NCBI GenBank assembly: GCA_963555985.3
Contig: OY820591.1
Span: 1,248,001 to 1,312,000 of the forward strand
Direction of reading: 5' to 3'
Origin: Dehalococcoidia bacterium
GTDB taxonomy: Bacteria > Chloroflexota > Dehalococcoidia > Bin125
DNA: 64,000 bases
The notes below the pieces were generated by a model that was not told the DNA's origin, ran no database searches, and saw only the letters and a program-made list of their open reading frames with translations. The position numbers and the translations under genes are program-made. Positions 8,959 to 18,118 of the stretch are shown piece after piece. The stretch's first letter is position 1. Every line of letters begins with the position of its first letter.

Positions 8959-10115
8959 CGACTGCGGACGACACTCGGCTGGCGATGCAGGGGACGATTG
9001 AGGCGCTGACGGCCGGCGACGGTTCGGAGCCGGTGGTGGTGAATTTGGGGCCTCAGCATCCCTCGACGCATGGGGTGTTCCGGCTGAAGGTGACGTTGGA
9101 CGGGGAGATCGTGCGGGATGCGGAGATGCGGATTGGGTATCTGCACCGTTCGATGGAGAAGCTGGCGGAAGAGCGGACGTACACGCAGAACATTCCCTTC
9201 ACCGACCGGATTGATTATCTGGCGGCGATGTCGAACAACCTGGCCTACTGTCTGGCGGCTGAGGAGTTGTTGGGAGTGGAGGTTCCGCCTCGAGGGAACG
9301 CGATCCGGGTGTTGTTTGCGGAGTTGCAGCGGATTGCGTCGCACGCGATGGCGAACGGGACGTTCATCAACGACTGCGGGGCGTGGCATACGCCGCTGTT
9401 CCATATGTTCCGCGACCGCGAGCGGGTGCTGGATATGTTCGAGATGACGTGCGGGGCGCGGCTGACGACGAATTACATGCGGATCGGCGGGGTGGCGTTT
9501 GATCTGCCGCCGGAGTTGCTGCCGACGCTGCGGCGGTTTTTGGACGACATGCCGGAGCGGATCGCGGACTACGAGGCGCTGTTGCTGGAGAACGAGATTT
9601 TGCACGCTCGGGCTCGGGGGGTGGGGGTGATTTCGGCAGAGTCGGCGATTAATTCGTCGCTGAGCGGTCCGGTGCTGCGGGCGACGGGGGTGCCGTGGGA
9701 TTTGCGGAAGGCGAATCCGTACTGCGGGTATGAGAACTTTGAGTTTGACATTCCGGTCGGCGAGCAGGGGGACTGCTTCGACCGGTTCCTGGTGCGGATG
9801 GCGGAGGTGAAGCAGAGTCTGCGGATTTTGAATCAGGTGATCGACAACATCCCCGACGGTCCCTGGCTGGCGGATTTGCCGCTGCACGTGCGTCCGCCGG
9901 AGGGGGAGGTGTATGCGCGGGTGGAATCGCCTCGGGGGGAGTTGGGGTTTTACCTGGTTTCCGATGGGAGTCCGGCACCGTATCGGTTCCACTGCCGTCC
10001 GCCGAGTCTGATTAATCTGACAGCGCTGAAGGAGATGTCGGTTGGCGGTACGCTCGCAGACGCGATCGTGACGCTGGGTTCGATCGACATCGTGGTGGGG
10101 GAGATCGATCGATGA
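8955..10115 (+). CDS. nuoD: NADH-quinone oxidoreductase subunit D
   Basis: GPQHPSTHGVFRL, IGYLHR, DRIDY, ESPRGE and C-terminal GEIDR. Confidence 0.96.
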   Translation: MTTADDTRLAMQGTIEALTAGDGSEPVVVNLGPQHPSTHGVFRLKVTLDGEIVRDAEMRIGYLHRSMEKLAEERTYTQNIPFTDRIDYLAAMSNNLAYCLAAEELLGVEVPPRGNAIRVLFAELQRIASHAMANGTFINDCGAWHTPLFHMFRDRERVLDMFEMTCGARLTTNYMRIGGVAFDLPPELLPTLRRFLDDMPERIADYEALLLENEILHARARGVGVISAESAINSSLSGPVLRATGVPWDLRKANPYCGYENFEFDIPVGEQGDCFDRFLVRMAEVKQSLRILNQVIDNIPDGPWLADLPLHVRPPEGEVYARVESPRGELGFYLVSDGSPAPYRFHCRPPSLINLTALKEMSVGGTLADAIVTLGSIDIVVGEIDR

Positions 10116-11401
10116 ACGGTCTCAACGCAGTCCTGGGTGCGTGGTACGACTTCCGCGATCTGAACAATTTCTCGCGGTTGATCACGGAGTGGGTGGGCGA
10201 CTGGGGCCCGGACTGGCTGGCGTCGATTGTGACGGGGCTGCTGGGGTCGCTGGGGATTCTGGCGGTGATTGGGCCGACGCTGCTGATTTTGATCTGGGTC
10301 GAGCGGAAGGTGATTGCGCGGTTCCAGCAGCGGTACGGTCCGAATCGGGTGGGTCCGCGGGGGTTGCTCCAGCCGGTGGCGGATGCGGTGAAGCTGATTC
10401 TGAAGGAGCAGTTGGCTCCGCGGGCGGCGGACAAGCTGATTTTCTTCCTGCCGCCGGTGCTGATCTTTGTTCCGGGCGTGTTGATCTGGGGGGTGCTGCC
10501 GTTCGGGCCACGGATGTCGGTGGCGGACTTGAATGTGGGGGTGCTGTTTCTGTTGGCGGTTTCGGGGACGGCGGTGCTGGTGATCTTCATGGCGGGTTGG
10601 TCGTCGAACAACAAGTATGCGCTGTTCGGGGCGATGCGGGCGGTGGCGATGTCGATCTCGTATGAGGTGCCGATGGTGCTGGCGCTGCTGACGCTGGTGA
10701 TTTTCTCGGGCACGATGTCGGTGAACGGGATCGTGGAGTGGCAGCAGCAGGAGGACGTGATTTTCATTCTGTTGTTCCCGCTGTCGGCGATTGCGTTTTT
10801 CTTCGCGGCGTCGGCGGAGCTGAACCGGACGCCGGCGGATATCTCGGAGGCGGAATCGGAGATTGTGGCGGGGTATCACACGGAGTATTCGGGGATGCGG
10901 TTCGGGTTGTTCTACGCGGTGGAGCTGGGGAACACGCTGGTGGTGTCGGCGTTCATTGCGACCTTCTTCCTGGGCGGTTGGTGGTTGTGGGGTCTGGATC
11001 AGTGGGTGCCGAGCTGGATCATCCTGCTGGCCAAGACGGGGGCGGTGTACTTCCTGCTGATCTGGACGCGGGGGACACTGCCGCGTCTGCGGATTGATCA
11101 GCTGATGGGGTTCTGCTGGAAGGCGCTGGTACCGGCGACGCTGCTGTTTGTGGTGGTGGCGTTTGTGGAGCGGGCGCTGTTGATCCACCAGGGATGGGAT
11201 ACGACGGTGGCGCTGCCGGTGATGGCGGTGATCAACATCGGTTTGACGCTGGGCGCGATCGTGCTGTTTGCGCGAGTGTCGCGGCCGGCGCCGCTGCGGC
11301 GTCCGGCGCGGATCCGGATGGCGGGCAACCGCGTGGGCGGTCTGCGGGCGGCCAAGGACGTCGCTGCCGAACCGGCGGCGATGCAGGCGGGCGGCGACTG
11401 A
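10112..11401 (+). CDS. nuoH: NADH-quinone oxidoreductase subunit H
   Basis: ERKVIARFQQRYGPNRVG, SNNKY, ISYE, AELNRTP.D..EAESE..GYHTEYSG and LPRLRIDQL. Confidence 0.96.
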   Translation: MNGLNAVLGAWYDFRDLNNFSRLITEWVGDWGPDWLASIVTGLLGSLGILAVIGPTLLILIWVERKVIARFQQRYGPNRVGPRGLLQPVADAVKLILKEQLAPRAADKLIFFLPPVLIFVPGVLIWGVLPFGPRMSVADLNVGVLFLLAVSGTAVLVIFMAGWSSNNKYALFGAMRAVAMSISYEVPMVLALLTLVIFSGTMSVNGIVEWQQQEDVIFILLFPLSAIAFFFAASAELNRTPADISEAESEIVAGYHTEYSGMRFGLFYAVELGNTLVVSAFIATFFLGGWWLWGLDQWVPSWIILLAKTGAVYFLLIWTRGTLPRLRIDQLMGFCWKALVPATLLFVVVAFVERALLIHQGWDTTVALPVMAVINIGLTLGAIVLFARVSRPAPLRRPARIRMAGNRVGGLRAAKDVAAEPAAMQAGGD

Positions 11402-11402
11402 G

Positions 11403-12020
11403 ATGAGCGATTTTGGCTTCCACCTGGCGTTTTGGTCGCTGGCGGCGATGACCATCGGCGGAGCGTCGATGATCATCGTGAGCCGGAATCTGATCCACGC
11501 CGTGATCTGGCTGGTGCTGTCGATGCTGGGGATCGCGGGGCTGTATCTGACGCTGTCGGCGGACTTTATCGCGGTGGTGCAGGTGCTGATCTACGTGGGT
11601 GCGATTGCGGTGTTGATGCTGTTTGCGATCATGCTGACGCCGCGGGCGGAGCGGGATAACTCGGAGACGCGGGTGAAGGCTCCGGCGGCGTTGGTGGTGC
11701 TGCTGGTGATGATCGCGACGATGTGGGTGGCGATTGATACGGACTGGGGAGCGGTGCGGGAGTCGGCGCTGCCGGAGCAGGCGCGGCTGATTGGGGAGAG
11801 CTTGATTTCGCACTACGTGCTGCCGTTTGAGATTGGGGCGGTGCTGTTGACGGCGGCGCTGGTGGGTGCGATTGCGCTGGCGCGTCAGGACGACGAGGAC
11901 GCGGCGGTTCATGCGGCCAGCTTGCAGGAGGAGTTGGAGGGGAACGGCGAGGCGGACGACCCGGCGAACGTGACCGATCCGCCGTTGGCGGACGAGGTCA
12001 GCAGCGGGGGCGGTGACTGA
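11403..12020 (+). CDS. nuoJ: NADH-quinone oxidoreductase subunit J
   Basis: N.IHAV.WL, QVLIYVGAIAVL.LFAIML and YVLPFE..VLL motifs. Confidence 0.93.
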   Translation: MSDFGFHLAFWSLAAMTIGGASMIIVSRNLIHAVIWLVLSMLGIAGLYLTLSADFIAVVQVLIYVGAIAVLMLFAIMLTPRAERDNSETRVKAPAALVVLLVMIATMWVAIDTDWGAVRESALPEQARLIGESLISHYVLPFEIGAVLLTAALVGAIALARQDDEDAAVHAASLQEELEGNGEADDPANVTDPPLADEVSSGGGD

Positions 12021-12334
12021 TGACGATCGGACTTGAGGAATACCTGGCGCTGGGTGCGGTCCTGTTCAGCCTGGGCTTCTACATCGCGTTGTCGAAGAAG
12101 AACGCGGTGGGTGTGCTGATCGGGGTGGAGCTGATGCTGAACGCGGTGAATCTGTCGTTGGTGGCGTTCTCGCGGTTCGGAGTGAGTGAAGTGACGCTGT
12201 CGGCGCAGGTGTTTGTGGTGTTCATCATCGCGGTGGCGGCGGCGGAAGTGGCGGTTGGGTTGGCGCTGGCGCTGGTGGTGTACCGCAACCGGCAGACGAT
12301 CTCGGTTGATCGCACGACGCTGCTGAAAGGCTGA
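12020..12334 (+). CDS. nuoK: NADH-quinone oxidoreductase subunit K
   Basis: GVELMLNAVNL, VAAAEVAVGLAL, C-terminal LKG. Confidence 0.95.
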   Translation: MTIGLEEYLALGAVLFSLGFYIALSKKNAVGVLIGVELMLNAVNLSLVAFSRFGVSEVTLSAQVFVVFIIAVAAAEVAVGLALALVVYRNRQTISVDRTTLLKG

Positions 12335-12342
12335 GCAGACGC

Positions 12343-12537
12343 ATGTGGGCAGAATTCCTGCGCGCGCCGAATTTGTACGTGGCCGAGACGTGGCGTGAGT
12401 TGCTCTACGCGGAAGGGGTGTCGGTGCGGCTGATTGTGGATCCTGAGCGAGCCGACGAGGGCGATTTCGCGCCGGTGCTGTTGTATGTGCCGGACTCGAA
12501 GACGCATGTCGCGCGCGAGATTCTGAGGAAGGTGTAA
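12343..12537 (+). CDS. Small soluble protein (DUF2007/PII-like appearance) inside the nuo operon
   Basis: 64-aa ORF fills the nuoK-nuoL gap; 'APN..AE..RELL..EGV...LYVP....AREIL' pattern. Confidence 0.7.
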   Translation: MWAEFLRAPNLYVAETWRELLYAEGVSVRLIVDPERADEGDFAPVLLYVPDSKTHVAREILRKV

Positions 12538-12541
12538 GGGC

Positions 12542-14527
12542 GTGCCCGAGACCATCTTCTGGGTGATTCTGATTTTGCCGCTGACCGCGTTTGTGTTGGC
12601 GGGGATTTCGGCGCTGAATCAGCAGCTGAAGCGGCAGATTCCGGAGTGGAATCCGTCGTATCCGTCGCAGTTCGGGCCGGTTGCGGATCAGTTCTGCGGG
12701 CCGCGGCTGGCGTCGACGCCGCTGATCATTGCGCTGGCGGCGGCATTCGTGCTGTCGGTGGTGAATTTGATCGACACGATCGGGGCGCGGGGGCTGCCTT
12801 TGGAGATTGCGCCGCATCTGCTGTTCAGCGCGGGCCCGCTCGATGTCGAGTTGGGGGTGCGGATTGACGGGCTGACCTCGGTGATGTTGGTGGTGGTGAC
12901 AGGGGTGTCGCTGCTGGTGCAGGTTTATTCGACCGGGTACATGGACGGCGATCACGGGTACCGGCGGTATTTCGCGTTCATGGCGTTGTTCACGACTTCG
13001 ATGCTGGGGCTGATTTTGGCGGACAACCTGTTGATGCTGTTCGTGTTCTGGGAGTTGGTGGGGCTGACCTCGTATCTGCTGATTGGGTTCTGGTTCCACC
13101 GGCCGGCGGCGGCGGCCGCGGCGAAGAAGGCGTTTCTGGTGACGCGGCTGGGCGATTTGGGTCTGCTGGCGGCGATGATTTTGATCTGGGATCGGACAGG
13201 GACGCTGAACATTGCGGAGATCAACGAGATCGCGTTCCTGGGGATCATGGTTGGGCAGACGGTGATCACGCTGTTCGGATTGGGCTTGATTGCGGGCGCG
13301 ATTGGGAAGAGCGCGCAGTTCCCGCTGCATATCTGGCTGCCCGACGCGATGGAGGGTCCGACGCCGGTCTCGGCGCTGGTGCATTCGGCGACGATGGTGG
13401 CGGCTGGGGTTTATCTGCTGGCGCGCTTCTTCCCGGTGATTCACGCTTCATCGACGGCGTCCGACCTGATTGCCTGGATTGGAGCGGGGACGGCGCTGGG
13501 GGCGGCGATCTTGGCTATGGTGCAGGTCGATATCAAGCGGGTGCTGGCGTATTCGACGATCTCGCAGCTGGCGTACATGATGTTTGCGATTGGGGTGGGC
13601 GGGTATGCGGCGGCGGTCTTCCACCTGATGACGCACGCCTTCTTCAAGGCGATGTTGTTCCTGGGGTCGGGGTCGGTGAATCACTCGACGAACACGTTCG
13701 ACATGCGCAGGATGGGCGGGCTGCGGTTCTTGATGCCGATCACGTTTGCCACGTTTGTGATTGGGACGTTGTCGCTGGCGGGGATCGTGCCGCTGTCGGG
13801 CTTCTGGTCGAAGGACGAGATTCTGATTGAGGCGTGGGATCACAACAAGGGCGTGTTTGTGCTGGGCTTGCTCGCAGCCGGACTGACGGCGGCGTACATG
13901 GTGCGGGCTGTCTATATGACGTTCTTCGGCGAATACAAAGGTGGGGAAGAGGTCGCGCCCGGGGAGCATGGGAACGAGGATCCGTCGCACCCGCATGAGT
14001 CGCCTCGGAGCATGACGGTACCGCTGATCATTCTGGCCGTGATTTCGGTCGTGAGCGGCTTCCTGACCTTTGGCGGCGAGTTCCAGACTTGGGTGTACGG
14101 AGCGCTGCCGGATCCGCATGAGGGCAAGTTCCACTGGAGCTGGGGGATTTTCCTGGGTTCGACCGCGCTGGCGCTGGCGGCGGGGGGCGCGGCTTACGCC
14201 TTCATGCACCACCGCGAGCGGATTCGCGAGCTCGGGATCGGCAAGGTGTGGCCGATTCCGGAGGCGCAGCAGTTCGCCAACCGGCTGTTCTATCTCGACG
14301 CGCTTGGCGAGGATGTGCTGGGGCGGCAGGTGTTCTACCGAGGGATCGCGCAGGCGTCGTCCTGGTTTGACGAGAAGGTGGTGGACGGGTTTGTCAACCG
14401 CGCCTGGCGCGAGGGTCTGACCGTGAGCGGCTATGCGCGCTTCGTGCAGAACGGCTGGGTACAGGCGGGCACACTGGCAATCGGACTCGGCGGCATCATC
14501 ATCTGGGCCGCCGTAGTGCTGTTCTAG
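12542..14527 (+). CDS. nuoL: NADH-quinone oxidoreductase subunit L
   Basis: YSTGYM, FWELVG, KSAQFPLHIWLPDAMEGPTPVSALVHSATMV and HAFFKA motifs. Confidence 0.96.
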   Translation: MPETIFWVILILPLTAFVLAGISALNQQLKRQIPEWNPSYPSQFGPVADQFCGPRLASTPLIIALAAAFVLSVVNLIDTIGARGLPLEIAPHLLFSAGPLDVELGVRIDGLTSVMLVVVTGVSLLVQVYSTGYMDGDHGYRRYFAFMALFTTSMLGLILADNLLMLFVFWELVGLTSYLLIGFWFHRPAAAAAAKKAFLVTRLGDLGLLAAMILIWDRTGTLNIAEINEIAFLGIMVGQTVITLFGLGLIAGAIGKSAQFPLHIWLPDAMEGPTPVSALVHSATMVAAGVYLLARFFPVIHASSTASDLIAWIGAGTALGAAILAMVQVDIKRVLAYSTISQLAYMMFAIGVGGYAAAVFHLMTHAFFKAMLFLGSGSVNHSTNTFDMRRMGGLRFLMPITFATFVIGTLSLAGIVPLSGFWSKDEILIEAWDHNKGVFVLGLLAAGLTAAYMVRAVYMTFFGEYKGGEEVAPGEHGNEDPSHPHESPRSMTVPLIILAVISVVSGFLTFGGEFQTWVYGALPDPHEGKFHWSWGIFLGSTALALAAGGAAYAFMHHRERIRELGIGKVWPIPEAQQFANRLFYLDALGEDVLGRQVFYRGIAQASSWFDEKVVDGFVNRAWREGLTVSGYARFVQNGWVQAGTLAIGLGGIIIWAAVVLF

Positions 14528-14536
14528 GAGCGGACG

Positions 14537-16090
14537 ATGGATCCTGGCTTTCCCGTCCTCTCGCTGCTGATTTTCCTGCCCTTGGGCGGGGCGTTGTTGA
14601 TCGCGCTGCTGCCGGGCAAGCACACGCCGACGCAGTGGTTGGTGCAGAACACGCCCGGTTCGGTGCAGGACTACCCGAAGTGGATCGCGTTGGGGATATC
14701 GCTGGCGGCGCTGATTGTGTCGCTGGTGATGTTCATCCTGTTCGACCGCTCCGCGAGCGGGTTCCAGTTCGTGGACGAGTTCACCTGGATTTCGGCGGAG
14801 GATGTCGGCTTCAACGTGAACTACGCCTTCGGCGTGGACGGCTTGTCGATGCCGCTGGTGCTGCTGACCTCGTTCCTGAGTGTGGTGGCGGTGTTGGTGT
14901 CGTGGCGGATCGATTTGCGGACCAAGGAGTATTTCGCCTGGCTACTCGTGCTCGAGACCTCGGTGCTGGGCGTGTTCACGTCGCTCGACTTGATCTTCTT
15001 CTTCCTCTTCTGGGAGCTCGAGTTGGTGCCGATGTTCCTGCTGATCTCGATCTGGGGGAGCGGCAACCGCAACTACTCGGCGCTCAAGTTCGTGCTCTAC
15101 ACGGTGTTCGGTTCGGCGTTCATGCTGGCCGGGTTCCTGGCGCTGGGGGTGGCGGCGGACAGCTTCGACATCCGCGATATTCGCGCCGACGATCTGGCGG
15201 CGGCGTTCCTGCCGGCGCCGGCGATCTTCGCGTTCATCCTGATTGCATTCGCGATCAAGCTGCCGGTGGTGCCGCTGCATACCTGGCTGCCGGACGCGCA
15301 TACGGATGCGCCCACGGCGGTCTCGGTGATGCTGGCGGGGGTGCTGCTGAAGATGGGCGGCTACGGGATTTTGCGGCTGCTGTTCGATCTGATGCCGGAG
15401 GTGGCAGCGGATGCGGACCTGGCGCTGGCGATCATTGGGGCGGTCTCGATCGTGTACGGGGCGATTGTGACGATCCGGCAGACGGACTTGAAGCGGCTGA
15501 TCGCGTATTCGTCGGTCTCGCATATGGGATTCGTGCTGCTAGGCGTGTCCGCGTTGGGTGTGACCGGACTGAGCGGGGCTGCGTTGCAGTTGGTCACGCA
15601 CGGTCTGATTACGGGGATGCTGTTCGTGATGGTGGGGTTGGTCTACGACCGGACGCACACGCGGCAGATTTCGGAGATGCGCGGACTGATGCACCACATC
15701 CCGTTGCTTGGGATTGGGATGGTGTTCGCGGGCTTAGCGGGGCTTGGGCTGCCTGCGCTGGCGGGGTTCGTGGCGGAGATCACGATCTTCCTGGGGGCGT
15801 TCGGGCGGCATGAGGCTCCGGTGGCGGTGGCGCTGCTGGGCGTGCTGCTGGCGGCGGCGTACATTCTCTGGGCATTGCAGCGCACTTTCTTCGGTCCGCG
15901 CGACGACAACTGGTCTCACTTGCCGGACGCGAATCATTGGAGCGAGTTTGCGATCATCGGCGCGCTGATGGCGTTGATCGTGCTGCTGGGCGTGTATCCG
16001 TCGATCGTGGTCGACCTGCTTGAGCAGGGCGTGCGGCCGATCGTGGAGGGCATTGACGCGGCGGTGGCCGCGGCGGGAGGGGGCGGCTGA
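14537..16090 (+). CDS. nuoM: NADH-quinone oxidoreductase subunit M
   Basis: GVDGLS, FFLFWE, KLPVVPLHTWLPDAH..APT, LLKMGGYG and DLKRLIAYSSVSHMG. Confidence 0.96.
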   Translation: MDPGFPVLSLLIFLPLGGALLIALLPGKHTPTQWLVQNTPGSVQDYPKWIALGISLAALIVSLVMFILFDRSASGFQFVDEFTWISAEDVGFNVNYAFGVDGLSMPLVLLTSFLSVVAVLVSWRIDLRTKEYFAWLLVLETSVLGVFTSLDLIFFFLFWELELVPMFLLISIWGSGNRNYSALKFVLYTVFGSAFMLAGFLALGVAADSFDIRDIRADDLAAAFLPAPAIFAFILIAFAIKLPVVPLHTWLPDAHTDAPTAVSVMLAGVLLKMGGYGILRLLFDLMPEVAADADLALAIIGAVSIVYGAIVTIRQTDLKRLIAYSSVSHMGFVLLGVSALGVTGLSGAALQLVTHGLITGMLFVMVGLVYDRTHTRQISEMRGLMHHIPLLGIGMVFAGLAGLGLPALAGFVAEITIFLGAFGRHEAPVAVALLGVLLAAAYILWALQRTFFGPRDDNWSHLPDANHWSEFAIIGALMALIVLLGVYPSIVVDLLEQGVRPIVEGIDAAVAAAGGGG

Positions 16091-16092
16091 TC

Positions 16093-17559
16093 ATGAGCGA
16101 TGTCAACCTGCTCGGCCCGGAACTGGTCTTGCTCGCGGTGGGCGGGTTCCTGCTGGTCGCGGACTTGTTCCTCAAGGATCGGCGCATCCTGATGGGAGTG
16201 GCGCTGGCGGCGCTGTTCGGCTCGATCATTTACTCGGCGGTGCTGCTGAGCGAGGGCTTCATCGGCGATACCGCGTTCGGCGGGATTCTGGTCGTTGACC
16301 GGTTTGCGATTTTCTTCCAGATTCTGCTGGCGTCGGCGGCGATGGCGGCGGTGCTGGTGTCGACCGAGACGCTGCGGCGGGTTCCCTCGCGGCGGGGCGA
16401 GTATTTGGCGCTGATCCTGTTCTCGACGGCGGGATTGCAGTTGCTGGCGGGGACGCGGGATCTGATCGGGATTTTCATTGCGCTGGAGCTGACCTCGATT
16501 TCGCAGTACATCCTGGTTGGTTTCCATAAGGATCGCTGGGGTTCGGAGGCGGGGCTGAAGTACCTGCTGACGGGCGCGGTTGCGTCGGCGGTGTTGCTGT
16601 ATGGGATGGCGATTCTGCTGGGGCTGACGGGTTCGACGAATCTGAGCGAGATCGCGTCGTTCATCTCCTGGCAGGGGGAAGGGCGAGAAGAGGCGTTGAT
16701 GCTGGCGGCGATCTTCCTGATCGCTGGGTTCGGCTTCAAGGCGGCGGTGGCGCCGTTCCAGATGTGGGCGCCGGACGCCTACACGGGTGCGCCGACGCCG
16801 ATTGCGGCGTACCTGTCGGTAGCGTCGAAGGCGGCGGCGTTTGCGGTGCTGATCCGGGTGTTCTTTGAGGCCTTGGGCGACGATCTGCTGGCGGAGCACT
16901 GGAAGACGATCTTCGCGGGGCTGGCGACGCTCTCGATGTTCGTGGGCAATTTCTTCGCGCTGCGGCAGGACAACATCAAGCGAATGCTGGCGTACTCGTC
17001 GGTGGCTCAGGCGGGGACGCTGCTGATTGGTCTGGCGGCGATTACGGCGGATCGCTCGGAATTGCTCGGGGCGAGCGGGATTTTGTTCTACCTGGCCGGT
17101 TACACGGTGACGAACTTGGCGGCGTTCATCGTGATCATCCTGGTGGCGAATCAGCGCGGGACGTACCGGATTCAGGATTACGCGGGACTGGGACGGAGTT
17201 CACCCTGGCTGGCGGGGATTCTGGCGTTCTCGCTGATTTCGTTGATTGGCTTACCGCCGACGGCGATCTTCTTCGGCAAGATCTATCTGTTTGAGACGGC
17301 GGTGCAGAGCGGTCTGGCTTGGCTGGCGGTGATTGGCACGATCAATACCGTGATCAGCGCGGCGTACTACCTGCGTCCGGTGAAGACGATGTTCATCGAC
17401 TCGCCGGCGGAGGGCGAAGAGGCTCCGACGCTGCCGCGTCCGTCGAACAGTGTGCTGGCGACACTGAGCCTGGTGAGCGCGGGGGTGCTGGTGATTGGTC
17501 TGCATCCGGGGCTGGTGATCAACGCGGCTGAGCAGGCCGTGGCGGCGATTCTGTCGTAG
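16093..17559 (+). CDS. nuoN: NADH-quinone oxidoreductase subunit N
   Basis: SEAGLKY, GFKAAVAPFQMWAPDAYTGAP, ASKAA and NIKRMLAYSS. Confidence 0.96.
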   Translation: MSDVNLLGPELVLLAVGGFLLVADLFLKDRRILMGVALAALFGSIIYSAVLLSEGFIGDTAFGGILVVDRFAIFFQILLASAAMAAVLVSTETLRRVPSRRGEYLALILFSTAGLQLLAGTRDLIGIFIALELTSISQYILVGFHKDRWGSEAGLKYLLTGAVASAVLLYGMAILLGLTGSTNLSEIASFISWQGEGREEALMLAAIFLIAGFGFKAAVAPFQMWAPDAYTGAPTPIAAYLSVASKAAAFAVLIRVFFEALGDDLLAEHWKTIFAGLATLSMFVGNFFALRQDNIKRMLAYSSVAQAGTLLIGLAAITADRSELLGASGILFYLAGYTVTNLAAFIVIILVANQRGTYRIQDYAGLGRSSPWLAGILAFSLISLIGLPPTAIFFGKIYLFETAVQSGLAWLAVIGTINTVISAAYYLRPVKTMFIDSPAEGEEAPTLPRPSNSVLATLSLVSAGVLVIGLHPGLVINAAEQAVAAILS

Positions 17560-17563
17560 TGAT

Positions 17564-18058
17564 GTGAGCCAAACTCCTCACCAGATCGCTGTTTCCGTTG
17601 ATTCTCAATATGTCCATCGCTGCGACGTGGAGAACGTGCAGGCGTGCGTGCGCGCGGCGTTGGAGTCGCGCAGAGTGGAGGGTGCGCGGGTGGTCAGCGT
17701 GCGGCTGACCGACTCGCGCACGATCCGCCGCCTCAATCGGCGCTTTCGGGGAGAGGATGTCGCTACCGATGTGCTCTCTTTCAACACTGATTTCGAGGGC
17801 CTCGTGCGACCGGACGGGGCAGCGGAGTTGGGCGAGTTGGTGATTGCGATCCCGGTCGCGCAGCGGGGGGCGAAGGAGCGGGGTGTGAGTCTGGATGACG
17901 AGTTGGCGCTGCTGACTGTTCACGGGGTGTTGCACCTGCTCGGCTACGACCACGAAAGCGAAGCGGAGGATGCGGAGATGCGCGAGTTGGAGCGGTCGGC
18001 GTTGGTTATGGCGGGCCGGCCGGAGGCGGCGCGTCCTGCGCTTGCGCGGATGTGCTAA
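17564..18058 (+). CDS. ybeY: rRNA maturation endoribonuclease YbeY
   Basis: LNRRFRG.D..TDVLSF and HGVLHLLGYDH motifs. Confidence 0.95.
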   Translation: MSQTPHQIAVSVDSQYVHRCDVENVQACVRAALESRRVEGARVVSVRLTDSRTIRRLNRRFRGEDVATDVLSFNTDFEGLVRPDGAAELGELVIAIPVAQRGAKERGVSLDDELALLTVHGVLHLLGYDHESEAEDAEMRELERSALVMAGRPEAARPALARMC

Positions 18059-18075
18059 TATACGAACGTAGGTAC
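18053..18075 (+). promoter_or_regulatory. Extended -10 promoter followed by a LexA-box-like site, upstream of dnaX
   Basis: TGcTAATAT (18053-18061), then GAAC-GTAG-GTAC (18064-18075), one mismatch from GAAC-N4-GTTC. Confidence 0.4.
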
Positions 18076-18118
18076 GGTGGATCTGTATGAGGACGATTCA
18101 GCGGGAAGGGAGCGCGAG

